Shown here piece by piece: positions 24,621-37,108 of a stretch of 64,000 bases of DNA. The position numbers and the translations under genes were made by a program. The notes below the pieces were generated by a model. The model did no database searches. It worked only from the letters and a program-made list of their open reading frames with translations, and was not told where the DNA came from. The first letter of the stretch is position 1, and every line of letters begins with the position of its first letter. This stretch comes from Eutreptiella sp. 'Long Island Sound 2002' (lineage: Eukaryota; Protista; Euglenida): assembly GCA_964036045.1 (NCBI GenBank), contig OZ038378.1, forward strand, positions 23,932,001 through 23,996,000. Reading direction: 5' to 3'.

Positions 24621-25699
24621 GTGCCATGCGCCTTTTCCCCACCTCCTCTCTCCCCCTTTTCACAACAACTAACCTTTTGTACACTGCGTTTTTAGGTGCA
24701 CTGTATCCACTACTTTTTGGTTCTCCCTCGACCCCTTCCTCTCCTATTCCCTCTGCTCATCAAACCCGATAAACCCTAACCTACCAACTAATCTGTTGTA
24801 CACCTGCTACTTGTGGTGTATCCAATGCCCATCCATTGGTCTCCCCTCCCATCCCTGCTATCATCCATCTGCGCCACGGCTCCATTGCCTTGCCCATGCT
24901 TGGAGTACCCAAAATGTGTGTGGGGGTGAGCTTGCCTCACTTCACCTCTCCAAGTAGCAATGGCGGTCAGATTGGATTTTTGTTTCATCAGCACTCGCGC
25001 TGACACTCAAAAAAAAGAAAAACTGGGGGTACACTCGCGTGACACTTCTTTACACTCGCGTGACACTTCCCCCCATGAAGAGCTATGAAGAGCTGCTCCC
25101 TCCCCCTCCCATGGGGGGGGAGCAGTCGTAAAGTGCATCCTCTGGATTTCATAGTCATGGGCATGGCTTTGGATGGAAAAGGGGATCCCGTGACCGAATG
25201 CATGCTTTGACTGAGCAGGTTGAAATGGGACGAAATTTAGCAAACAAAAAACCCCTCCCCCTCATGCTACATCAAAATCATCAGCGCATTGTGGGGATCA
25301 TTTTGACTCAATACATGTTGGGGTAGCCCTCGAACCTCCCCGGACGGGGACTGGATGCCACGGGGCCAGTCCGCTGCAAAAGAAATGATATTCCACTTTC
25401 GGTGGAAAAACAAGACAAGGTGCTGTACACCTGTTGCACTGCACAGGAACCAAGCAGCCTTTGTGGAGCCCCTCCGTGTGTCCTGCCACTGAATGTTACA
25501 CAACTGTGGCCTGTATTGTGCCCATTGCCACTGGGATGTGTTTGGGCCAGAGCAGCTCTGTAGGTGCCCCAACAGAAGTGTTTGGTGCTTTCCATATTCT
25601 TCATACTTCAACACATAATGTACACTAGGCTTGCACACGTACCCATTGCTGATTGTCACACATTGGTCTCGTCACATTGCTCCCCATGCTGCTGATCAG

Positions 25700-25807
25700 G
25701 ATTGCAAAGTTCACAAGGGTGCAGGGGTTGGAATTTGCATCAGCAATTCTTCGACAGCCACCATCCAGAACTGTGAGCTTGTCGAGAACCAGCTGTCTCA
25801 GATTGAG
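25700..25807 (+). CDS. Beta-helix protein exon
   Basis: cag|GATTGC...ATTGAG|gt; DCKVHKGAGVGICISNSSTATIQNCELVENQLSQIE. Confidence 0.88.
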
Positions 25808-27684
25808 GTGTGTCTGTGTCTGAGAGAGTGTGTGTGTACGTGCGTTGTGCCCCCCCGCCTAGCGGGAATCTGTTCCATCACTTCACTCACTGATCACACT
25901 GCCACATGGAAAAGGTGGGCGACAGGACGTATTTGATATCTCCAGTGTTTTTCTGGTGCTGTTGGGCCTGCTGTGCCAGGGCCTCCCAAGTGGCCCACAC
26001 AGACTGGTACGGATCTGCAAGTCTCAACCGCGAGGACGTTCACGAGGGCTTTTGGCATCCCCTGTGTGAAACCCCCCTTGCGTTTTATGGGCCAACCCCC
26101 GAACTGTGGCCCACCTCCATTCCAACTCCATCCCCCCTGCTCCCCCCCCCCCCCCCTCCCCCAAGATAAAACCAACGGCAAAATGCCTGGAATTGTTGCG
26201 CCGCCGATAGGTAACACTTGGTCATCCGGAACCCTCTGGCCCTATGTTACGTTTCCCACACCAGATGTGGTGAGCACCCTCCAAACTTCACTGTCTTGGG
26301 ATGATTGAATGGCATGGGAGGGACGCCAAGGGGCAGAAGCAGCACTTGTGAGCAGAGGAGGCTTGGGACAAGCAATGTGATCAAACAATTTCTACCAACC
26401 AAAACCCAGTGCAAACACCGAATAGTACCCCAAGAGGCCCACTTTCTCAGCCTTTATGGCAGGTCATCCAAACAGCGTGGTTCCCAACACCACATAGGTT
26501 ACATGAGACCTGCCGCCGTTGTGGTAGCCCCCCCTCCCCCCCAAAAACGAATTTGTCCATGCAGGCATACCCACCAGCCCAGTCAGTAGTTGTCATTTTT
26601 TTGGGCAGCTGCTGGGTCAGACTTGCAGTTTGCTGTTTCGTGTTGAGAAATGTTTGATAACAATGGCAAACTGAGCTCATTCATGTGCTCCTTAAGCATT
26701 TCATTTGGACGACAGCTCTTACACACATGCCGAGCTCTGTGCATCATTGTCAAGTGTGTAATCACATCTCGTTTCTTGCACTCCTCAGAGGACTCTGACA
26801 TTCTGCTTTGCACAGTATGCACTCTACGACCCTTGACAAAGGGTCATGGTGTTGTATGTTTTTAGTCAAGGGTTTCAGTTGTGGACGCATGTTATGGGCG
26901 TGGGTCCGTTTTCCACTAAAACACTTGTGTGGGTAGTATGCTCTATACTGTTGATGGTGCCAATGTTTGCGAGAGAATTCGCTGGCTGCCCATTGTCAGG
27001 AGGTCATTTCTGCAGCATAGATGCACCCACCAGCATGCCTGGATTGAACTGGGTTTTGTGCTGGGTTGTAAAGGTTGTTGAAGGTAACAGAGGATGATGA
27101 GGGCCGTCCAGTATTGACAGGATTTGGTGAAGGTTATGGAGGGCTCTGCAGTTGTACTGCCGCCCACGGATGGTGATGTAAGGTTCACAGTCCCTGTCGC
27201 CAATTGCCCAGCCACCAGGGCTTCAGCATTTCACATGCCTGGCAGCCACCTAAGTGTAGCATTGTGATCCACATGAGTTAACAGAGTAGAGCGTTGTACG
27301 CTGTTGATTGGTGTGATGCGGATTGTCAAGGTTGTAGACAGCTATAGACGGTTGCCGATGGGCGTGCAGAAGGGTTTGAAGGATTAAGGAGGATTCTGGA
27401 GGGATCCGATGCACATCCTACATGCGAAAGGCAGTATTAGGAGCACAGGACTACCCCCCCCCCCCTCTCTTTGGGCCACCTCCTTCGACAAATATGTGTG
27501 GGGATTGGCAGGCACCCACAAATGAAACTGAGGAGACTACTAATTGCATCATCACCATCCCCGAATCATATCCTTTCATTGCTACCCCGTTGCACCCCTC
27601 CCCATGGATTTTGAGCCATGTCCGTGCTCTAAGCACTGTGCAGGCTGCTGTTGCCGGGAAATCTTCACTGTGCCCGTGCTTCAG

Positions 27685-27783
27685 GTATCAGAGAAGGCCG
27701 ATCCAAGAGTCATCGACAATACCATCCACGACGCTGTAGCTTTGGGCTTGTACATTCATTCTCGTGCGAGGGGCACCTTCCAG
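27685..27783 (+). CDS. Beta-helix protein exon
   Basis: cag|GTATCA...TTCCAG|gt; VSEKADPRVIDNTIHDAVALGLYIHSRARGTFQ. Confidence 0.88.
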
Positions 27784-28349
27784 GTGGATATGTGCGTGTA
27801 GGGAACAGTCCATTATGCAACGGGTTGCTGTCCAGCGTGCCTCTGTCCGTCAGACAGAAGTTTCTAATGCCACTGCCCAATCAAAGGAAAGGCAATCAGG
27901 ACCGTCACCCGCACTGGAACCCATGCAAAAGTGGTTTGACAATCCGCCCTGTGATTGTCTCGCTGATGCTTCTCCCACTCACAAGTCTTCCACAAGTAAA
28001 CGCTTGTGGTATCATTTATCCAGTTAATCATTTTTGAAAAGTTCCTTCCGAGAATTTTTTCAAGTTTGCGATGCAGATGATCCCGTCTGGTTCCACAGCC
28101 CCATGCCGGACATGGGTTTCACCACAGGTTTCACATCAAGCAGGGGGATACACCAGGAACAATGGTCATTTGCATGGACACGCTTATGTTGGTGTTAATT
28201 TCTGATGTTGATTCCCATCTTATGGTGATTCCCACCGTAGTACAAGAGGATTTTTGGCGATTGATGGTTGCGCTTGTTGAGGTTTATGGTCCACATTTGC
28301 TGTTCCTCATTTAGGTAATGTGCTGTCCATTTTTAACTTTGTATTTCAG

Positions 28350-28518
28350 AACAACACTCTGTTTGCCAACAATGACGGCCTTGCTCAAGTGCTGATAGAT
28401 AGCGGGGCCCAGCCGCTGGTGACAACCAACAAGATCCATGAAGGTGAGTTCGCAGGAGTCGTCATCCGTGGACAAGGCACCAAGGGGCGGCTTGAGGACA
28501 ACGAGATCAATCACCACC
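28350..28518 (+). CDS. Beta-helix protein exon
   Basis: cag|AACAAC...CACCACC|gtatgt; NNTLFANNDGLAQVLIDSGAQPLVTTNKIHEGEFAGVVIRGQGTKGRLEDNEINHH; ends in phase 1. Confidence 0.9.
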
Positions 28519-28821
28519 GTATGTTCCAGAGGAATAAGTGCAAGCCTTTTCATGTCTGTGTTATCATCCCATCACACAGTAGCACCCAGTAGCAGCATGG
28601 ATCTTCTGATCCGAAGAGGCAGCCTGTGCCAGCCAACTTCCTGACCTTTGATTGCGTCATGGATTTTGCGGTCCTATAGGCCCTGGAGAAGGGGTACAGT
28701 AACTACTCGTAACGCTTAAAACGATGAGGTTGAGCCCTTCGGTATCCGTCTGTTCTCTTGTGTTCGGCGGACGTGTGGTCCATACTCGCCACGGCTTTGT
28801 ACACTGTCTTCATGTGTTCAG

Positions 28822-28973
28822 AGCTGGCTCAGATAGAAGTGAGTGGGGGTGCATCGCCTTTCATTCTACGGAATCAGATATCAGAGGGCAAGGCAGTTGG
28901 GCTGTACATTTATGACCTCGACACGAATCCTACAGTCGCTGAAAACATTATCCATCAGCATGAGAACACGCAG
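28822..28973 (+). CDS. Beta-helix protein exon
   Basis: cag|AGCTGG...ACGCAG|gtacgt; (Q)LAQIEVSGGASPFILRNQISEGKAVGLYIYDLDTNPTVAENIIHQHENTQ. Confidence 0.9.
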
Positions 28974-29203
28974 GTACGTTGAGACCAGGGTTCGAAGCGG
29001 ATACTGTGGTTCAGCCGGGAGCACACAGAGGGATGGGACAATAGGCTGGCTGTGTCCCCGGTGCCCTTGTCCGTTCTCACACAACTTTGACACTTCAGAC
29101 ATTTGTCCTCAGTAGTTTCTTGTCTGCTGTGTATCACAGCTGGTTGCCTTTCTCCAAGTCCATGTTCCTGTCTCTGTTCACATGTTTTCTGCTCATTTGG
29201 CAG

Positions 29204-29371
29204 GTGATTATCACTCAGGGAGCCCACCCGACAATCCATGGCAACCAGATATTTGACGGTGAAGGCACAGGGATGCTTCTGACGCAGAGCTGCAAGGGCA
29301 AAGTCATTGGGAACACGTTGTATGGCAATGCAGGCTCCCAAATTGAGGTCAGCGATTTCTCTGACCCATTG
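29204..29371 (+). CDS. Beta-helix protein exon
   Basis: cag|GTGATT...CCATTG|gtatgt; VIITQGAHPTIHGNQIFDGEGTGMLLTQSCKGKVIGNTLYGNAGSQIEVSDFSDPL. Confidence 0.9.
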
Positions 29372-29790
29372 GTATGTGCCCAGGACCCACTGGCAGTGAT
29401 GCTATTGTGATTCCTTGTTCTGGCCCCCGGGTTGTTGGGGGCGCGTCTCGCATGCAGCGGCCACAACTTCCAGGGTCCTGCTGTAGCTCCGGCTTGGAGG
29501 ATGTGTGATCATCCGCACCCCGCCGTGCCCATTCTGTGTGTCCCCACTTGTAGTTGTCCTGCATCCCGTGCATGTCATGAACAAAATGTGGAAATGATCT
29601 GTGAGCGTATTTGTGGATCCTCCAAATGGCCAGTGCGAACAAGTTTGTGCATTTGTTCAGCTTTTGGGATGGGGGAGTCAGCGTGCCTTGTGCTGGAGGG
29701 TCCGTTCCACAGCGGAGAGGGGTGGGAACCCTGCTCGTTCTGTTTCGGCTCCAGCACGTACTCCTCATGATCCTCCTGATACCCCCACAG

Positions 29791-29937
29791 GTCCAGCAGA
29801 ACGACCTGCGTGATGGGCTGCTCTCTGGGATCTTGGTGGTCGGTGGATCGCGTCCAGTCCTGGAGGGCAACACTGTGTGCCGGCATCCTTATCCGCAGAT
29901 TGAAGTTTTGGATGAGGGCACTGAGCCAGTCATTCGG
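29791..29937 (+). CDS. Beta-helix protein exon
   Basis: cag|GTCCAG...ATTCGG|gt; VQQNDLRDGLLSGILVVGGSRPVLEGNTVCRHPYPQIEVLDEGTEPVIR. Confidence 0.9.
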
Positions 29938-31040
29938 GTCGCCCCTGCTCCAGTACACGGCAGTAGTGAAATGGGCATGTGCAGAGCACAGTCTGTTTCT
30001 CCTGCATGCTTTGGTTCTGCCTGTGACATTTCAAACTCCACTTGAACCAGGGGTTTCGACACCCTTTCCCCCCCGCCTGGATGCACCTGGCTCATTGCGA
30101 GGGCCGCTGCCTTCCCCTGTGTGGACCCCAAACACAGGGTAGGTAAGCAGGGACAGTCCGGGGGTGCAACCCACCAAGGGAAAGGAAGGGAGTGCAGGCA
30201 GGTAACGACAGGCAAGACCGGTAGATCAAGGGCATGAGGTGGTGAGAGGCCAATGGGCAACGCTGAGAGGCCAAGAGCGCCGCCAGCTTCAGACAACAAT
30301 CCACTCAGGCGTCATGCCCCCCCCCCCCCCCGGGTGCCCCACACCAAAACACTCGGGCGGCCTATGCTATGATGACTGCGTCTTTGCCCCACGTCATTCG
30401 ACTCCTACAACGTGAGCTTCCATTAGGTAATAGTTTGGTTGTGGCCTTCCATGGTGTCATCACAACATGTATGGAATAGCAGATTAGAACTGACCATGCA
30501 AAGGGTTGAGTGGAAAGGGCTATTGGTACATGACTAAGGGCTGCTTGCATATCACTGTGAAGCAGGGTGGTAGAGAGGGGAGGTGTGTGGGTCTTTGTAC
30601 GTAGGTTTATGTGTCTAATGCTTTGCGGGTCCCCTTTTTTGTGCGTATTGCCATCCACCATACCTCCAAAGGGAAACAACCTGGAACTGTTCCATCCAGG
30701 CAAGACGTGCAAGTCAAGCACCTGGCATTATTATCTCACGAGGTCCTAGGTTAACCCCTCGCCCCCTCCTGCCAAAAAAAGCGACGTCAGGGTTTTCTAG
30801 CCACTGGTCTATACCATTGGCCTACACCATTCGTCTATGCCATTAGTTTAGGGGCCGTGGGAGGGTCCAGCAACTGGACTGCCCTGATCGAAAATCGAGG
30901 TTGTCGTTCCCTGGGGCCCAGTATCATTCCTCGAAGGGACCCCGAAGCCATGCACTCAAAAGTGTTTCGTGAGTCTGACTACCGATTTGGATTTCGAGGG
31001 TCCTGCAGACAGAGGATATGTTGTTTGGTGTTGGTTGCAG

Positions 31041-31136
31041 GGCAACAAGATCTTCGATGGAGAGGGGGCTGGCATTTACATGTACCTCAAGGCCACGGGG
31101 CTCATCACGGACAATGAGATATTCAAACACAAGCTT
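31041..31136 (+). CDS. Beta-helix protein exon
   Basis: cag|GGCAAC...AAGCTT|gtatgc; GNKIFDGEGAGIYMYLKATGLITDNEIFKHKL. Confidence 0.9.
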
Positions 31137-31637
31137 GTATGCAATGCATTGGTGAGGGCATACACGAGGGTGAGGACCATGGGTGGGGTCGCAGGAGTGG
31201 GCGTGAGGGAGTTGAGTGCATCCCCCATGTTTTCCTCACGACATGGAAATGAACTTGCTGATGCAAACCTGTCGCAATAGAATTCCCCCGCACACGGGAG
31301 ATTGTTCACAGTCATATGAGCCCCCAAATGAATGCATCGGGTCATAGAAGTGGCTGCCACAGGAGGGCTGGATTTTGGGCCTCCACCGCTGCCAACACTG
31401 CCAGATCCACTGGAGCTCGGTTTCTCAGAGGATGCATGCATTATCGCCCCATCCCTCCTCAACCTCCCCTCCAACCCTCTCCAACCCCTGCATTCCTCCT
31501 CCCCTTTTCCATTCTCCTCCCTCCCTCTCCTTCCTCTCTGTCCCTCTCCCTCTCGCTCAGGCCCCCCCTCTCCCCCTTCTCCCTTCACCCACTCAATCGT
31601 CTCCTCTTCAACACACACATCCTTTTCCTCTGCACAG

Positions 31638-31748
31638 TCGCAGATTGAGATTGCCGAAGGGGCCGCACCAACCATTCTCAAGAACAAGATCTACAGTGGT
31701 CTGGGATATGGTTTCTACATTCACGACGGTGGTGGTGCTGTCTTTGAG
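31638..31748 (+). CDS. Beta-helix protein exon
   Basis: cag|TCGCAG...TTTGAG|gt; SQIEIAEGAAPTILKNKIYSGLGYGFYIHDGGGAVFE. Confidence 0.9.
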
Positions 31749-33050
31749 GTGTGTGGAACAGGTGGTGTTCCCTTGGATTGTTTTCCGAGGGGTGGGTGGG
31801 TGGGTGGGTGGGTCCCGCGAGGGGCCGCCTGGTCAAATTTGATGTTCCCCAAGCTAAAAAAGTGGGCCTCGCTCCCTGAGAAAATCAGAATGTGGTCAGG
31901 GGTGTCTTGCAGGGCAGCTGAAAAATCCATCTGCGGGGCTGGGGGGGTGGGGGGGGGGGCGTTCAAGCCCCCCAAGAACGGGGGCGGGGTATCTGGACAA
32001 GGAGATCTGTGACCTGTGATCTGTGGCATGACCTTCTTTCTTTTAGACCCAGCGGTGGCTTGAAGCAGAATTCTTTTTTGCATGCCTCAAATTGTTGCCT
32101 CATTTGGACTTGTATATTGGGGTCGCCCCCCCCCCCCCCTCCCTGACAGGCCATCATTTACGTTCCTGTCGGCGGTTTGGCATGGGCGTTGGTCTCGGGA
32201 GCCTTTTTTTTTTGGGATGGGGGGTGGGTCTGGAAGTGAGCTCTGGCGCCCCCAGCCGCAAATGAATTTTTCCCTTGCCAAGGTGGCTACAGGCAACAAA
32301 GGATGGGTTGAAAGGCATCTCCAACATAGCTTGGATGGTCATTTTGCGTGGTCTCGGTATCAAAACAATAAGTTTCAGAAACTTCAATTTTTGAGCCATC
32401 CAAGGCAAAAAACTGCATGAGCAGGGTGTGTACCAATCCCTTGGAAGACCCCCCCCCCCCCACACACACAATACCCAAATCGGGTAAAAAAACACATAAA
32501 TGCTGCCTAAAATATGGTCTACATGACTTGGATAGTCATTGTGATCGATCACGATATCACGACAAGAAATAAGTTTCGGAAATTTCGGTTTTTGAGCTGC
32601 CCAGGGTGAAAAACTGCATAAGCATGAAGCCTTCATTGGTGGAAACAGTGATTTCACGTCTTTCACACGGCCTTTGACCGGCCTTAGGCAGGGCTAGAGA
32701 CCCCCAAAAAGTCATTTTGTATCCTAGTAGGCATATGCTGTCACAACATCCCCACTTGCACCCCTCAAAGTGGGTACCATGGGGTCACTAAGGTTGCAAA
32801 AAACGATTACATACCAAAAAGGACTAAAAACCGCATAAATTGCATGAGTGCTTGACCCAGTCCGCTCCACACAAACCGTACGGAGTTGGGACCCGAAAAC
32901 ATTTTTTGGGCTCAAAATGGAAAAAAACCAAAAGATTCCTCTTGTCCTGTCATTGAGTTTGGGCAAGGTCTGCAGTGTGCCTTAATGGCACCATGAACGG
33001 TGCGGAGCTCTCTGCCATTTGCACGTCCAACCCTCATTTCTGCCATGCAG

Positions 33051-33150
33051 GAGAACGAAGTTTATGGCCATGCTCATGCGCAAATCAAAGTCGAGACAGG
33101 ATCCAGTCCAACCATCCGCAATTGTAAAATCTACGATGGGCTTGAGGATG
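33051..33150 (+). CDS. Beta-helix protein exon
   Basis: cag|GAGAAC...GAGGATG|gt; ENEVYGHAHAQIKVETGSSPTIRNCKIYDGLED(G); ends in phase 1. Confidence 0.9.
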
Positions 33151-35302
33151 GTGTGTGGCATGATGGTCCAGGGAATTTCGGAAGTTGAAAGGGCTGGGGC
33201 TCAAGTAGCAAGGATTGAAGGGAGAGTATTTCATCATAAGTTGAAATGGTTGGGGCTGGCGTAGAAAGCATTGAAGGAAGTGAGTCGTACTGCTCTGACA
33301 CAGACACATTGGCAGGATCAAGTGTGCACCACACGGTTGTGTCAGTCACACCCACCATTCATGAGGTTTCTCTGGTAGCAACATGCAAATATGAGACATG
33401 CACCTCACATCCTTTTCAAACAGTTTTCTTTGCCACATGATGCACTCAATGTCTGAGTCACAGGCCATAAGCATCATGGAATGCGAATTATCACGATGCA
33501 CTCGGTTCAATGATGCAGCAGCTGCTCCAACAACAACATAGCTGCGAAGCATTCTAGACTTTAACAGGATCAGGCACCAACACTGGATGGGCATGCGACT
33601 TCTGCGGAGTAGTTAATTCCCGAATGGTTCCAGACCAGAGTTGGAGCTAGCACTGTCCCAGAAAACAATGACGTGACGTGTTTCGGCGCATGGAAAGTCC
33701 CCAAATGCCTTGAAAATGGGCCGTTTTAGGACCAAAAATGAGTCAAAAATGGCTCAAAAACGCATTTTTCCAAAAGTGATCCTGCACCATTTGGGATGCT
33801 CAAACAAGTGTTTTTAGCCCAGGGGTTATGTAGCCATTCCGCCCTCTTTTGGGCACCCCAAGAAGGCATGCGTCTGCTGCTGGCCACCTACTCCAGTGCC
33901 AACCGTCCCCGCTTGTCCCCAAGAATAGTCATGCTTGCCCCTGCTGGTCTGGCTAAGTGCTAGCTCTAAGTGTAAGCCAGACCCCCCTGCCAAGCAGCAA
34001 TGGGGCGCAGCCTTGGACGGTGTCTCACCAAGGGCAGCCACCGTCCCGTCAGGCACGCTCTCATGGGTGCTGCCGGGGCATTGTCTGAGCTTTATGTGTT
34101 TGTTTTGTTTGTTGTTGGATGCTGAGCATGATCCCATTCTATGGTTGGTGGATGGCAGGGGATTGCTTAGTGGCTGGTTGATACTACACCATAGGGGGGG
34201 GTCTGATGATGAGTGGGTGGTTTTGTCTGGTTTCTCCCCAATTTTGGGAAAAGTGCGTGCAGGTATCCCCCCAGGGGTGGTGTGTGTCAGCTTTTTTGGG
34301 TGGGTGGGTGGGTTGCTGAGCTTGGTAGACTGCCAACTTTGTTTCTGGGCTCAGGCACATTGTGACGACACATGGGGGTGCTGCCACTTTGTACAGACCT
34401 GTTTTGCTTTACACTTTTGTCATGGCCACCAAAAAAAGTGAATGCGGGATGATCATCAAGGATAAACCCAATGCAATTTGAGAGCACAAGAGGGGCCAGA
34501 AGCATCACACGTTGCTGACAGCCAAGATGAACAAGGGCAAGGAGAAGGCTGCAATGAACAAGTGATTTGGGATTGGGGCTGGTGCATCATCAGCGTCCTC
34601 ATCAACCTCATCAAGCACCATGTACAGCACCAGCACCTCCATCAGCATCATTCTCAGCACCATCTATAGCAGCAGCACCACCACCCAGTCCAAGTACCAG
34701 TCCAAGGACCATGTACAGACTGAAGGGTGAATTTTTTTTTCGAAAATTGCTCTGTGACCCCCCCCCCCCCCCTTCCCCCTCCGGGTATCCAGCAGGTGGG
34801 TGGGTGGGTCTGAGGGGGGGTGGGTGGGTGAGCCAAAATCCCGGGGGGGGTCCCCCCTGGTATCACTGAGCAATCCCCTGCTCCAGTGGAGGGTATGATG
34901 CCGATGGGCTTTGCACGGCGGCATGGAAACATGGCTCATGCACCTCCTTGGAGAGCATGGTATGTTCCAGACGTGGGCCTATGGAGGTCACCAGGCACCT
35001 GCGAGTGCAACACCCAGGGCTAATCTGCAATTCTGCGGTTTTGTTCTGTTGTGTTAGCCCCCTTGGGGGGGAGGTTTCTGGCCTTCTGTGCAGCCGCAAT
35101 GCAACCTAAGGCTAAGATGTCCACAGGGTGGTACAAGTGTGTCTCTTGTGCACACAATAATGCGCTGTGTGTAGGTACTTATGTGCAAACTCTTGTGCAG
35201 CATTTTACCTCATGTCACTACTCACCATTGCATTTGCAGTCTCGCACAAGCCTGCGGTCCTTCAATGTGGTACCTGTCCTGCAGTGTGGTTGTTTCCTAC
35301 AG

Positions 35303-35400
35303 GCATTTATATGTTTGGTGAGGGACCTGCTGCACTTATCGAAGGGAATGAGATCTATGACCACCGATCTAGAGAGTTTGCACAAGTGGTTCTGGAGCAG
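35303..35400 (+). CDS. Beta-helix protein exon
   Basis: cag|GCATTT...GAGCAG|gt; (G)IYMFGEGPAALIEGNEIYDHRSREFAQVVLEQ. Confidence 0.88.
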
Positions 35401-36075
35401 GTTTTCCATCTATGCTGGTGTCAAGATGGGTTTGGCTGTGGATGCAGTCATCATTGGATGCCAAGGGTAAAGAAGCGAGAAAGCGACAACGTCAGCCGAA
35501 CACAATCAGAGAAATGGAGCTGGGGGAAATGGGTGATTGATGGCAGGGCGAAACTGGGAACTCGCAACCTGGGGTGGGTGGTTGTAGTGACCAAATTGTA
35601 TTTACCTGGCCCCTATCCAAAAGTGGGATGCATTGTAAAATGCACAGATTCACTCCATTGTGCATCTCAAGTCGTAGACACACAGGATGAAAGGACGGAA
35701 TTCTTCTATGTAGGAACAGATTGCAGTCCAGGACACACCAATACATTCCTCATGCCGCCACATTATTCCAGCACAGTAACCCAAGTGAAGAGCAGGCTCA
35801 TGCTGGAATCGAAAATATTGGAGGGATGACCCCCCCCTCCCCCCCGGTCTAATCCTTTGGTGCAGGGTTCTAACAAAAATTGGAAGATAACCTTTTGGGC
35901 CATTTTTGGTGCACAAACCTTGGGTCTCTGACATCTCCCCTCAACCCGTCAAGCATGGTGAAAAGGATAAATCCAGGGTCCAGAAGGTTCTGGGATGTGT
36001 TGAAGACTGCATGGCACGCAAAGACTGCAAGGTGCGTGTCCATGTAGCGGCGGTTCTCAATGTTGATTATCTTAG

Positions 36076-36239
36076 GGGGCCAACGCAACGATTCGCAACA
36101 ACAACATCCATCATGGCGATGGCCGAGGTATTTTGATTACCGGATCCTGTGGCACTGTGGAAGGCAATGACGTGCACCACAACCGCCAGGCTCAGATTGA
36201 GGTGTCGTTGGATTCTGATCCGATTATTATGCATAACAA
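36076..36239 (+). CDS. Beta-helix protein exon
   Basis: tag|GGGGCC...AACAA|gt; GANATIRNNNIHHGDGRGILITGSCGTVEGNDVHHNRQAQIEVSLDSDPIIMHN(K); ends in phase 2. Confidence 0.9.
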
Positions 36240-37108
36240 GTGTGCCCTCTTGACGTGCATTGTCTCACTACCCATTGATCATGCCCTACCGTCCTGTCAC
36301 ACGGTACAGCTACAGGAAAAACCTACATTGGGGAAAAATTGAAGTGGAAGAATTTTGAATCCCTCCCTCATACCACATAGTTCCTTCCATTGTAAGGATG
36401 CCAAGTGTGCTAAGATTTCTGCATGGGAGACGGGCGGCGGCGGGGGGAGGGCTCTTTGGATGGTCCTGCACATCCGCACTCATCAGCCACGGACGAAACG
36501 TCCCTGCACCACCTTTTCATTTACTGATGTAGACCAAGATCGTTTTGTCCCCCAGGACCCCAGGAAAGGACATCATCCATCCACAGACCATCCCTCCATG
36601 TGCCCCTTCTTGTTTGTTTCCCTCACGACCAACTTTGATCTTCGTTCCTGAGAAGTACCAACCCCCCCCCCCCCCCGGGTCCCCCCCACCGGTATGGGGT
36701 GTCCGCTTGGATGCACCCGGTTGATGGCCAGGGCTGCTCCCCTCCTCTGTGTGGACCCCACAGAGAGCAGTGGATCAGGGACAGTCTGGGTGCTCCACTG
36801 CCACAAGCCACCAAGGGAAAGGGTATGTGTAGGGATGTATGGGGGGCTCCCTCCTCAGTTTGGGTACGCGACCCCCCCGCCTCTTCTACCAAGGGCTACC
36901 GGCCATACATATGGTGGCACCGAAGGTGGCTGAATTTTTTTTTTCATTGCCCTTGCCCACGTAGCACCCCTCCCCGCCCAGGCGGTGGACCACCCCAACA
37001 CTATCCTTGAACCCAACCTTGACTCTAACGCCCACCCCAACCCTCAGGCTGCTCCTAACCCTACACCTAACCCTACCCCTGACCCAAACCCTAACCCTAA
37101 TCTCAACC

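Larger units (their letters stand above)
22248..25073. mobile_element. Non-autonomous MULE/Mutator-type element carrying Ulp1 protease
   Basis: ~120-bp imperfect TIRs starting GGGGGAAGTGTCACGCGAGTGT; perfect 9-bp TSD CATGAAGAG at 22239-22247 and 25074-25082. Confidence 0.88.

Noticed and set aside
28519-28540. Possible euglenid non-conventional intron after ...MFQ
   Set aside because: A canonical GTATGT donor at 28519 in phase 1 splices correctly to 28822; all 16 core exons fit GT-AG
37040-37105. True chromosome end
   Set aside because: The tract is degenerate, short, and internal to an intron whose flanking exons splice in phase
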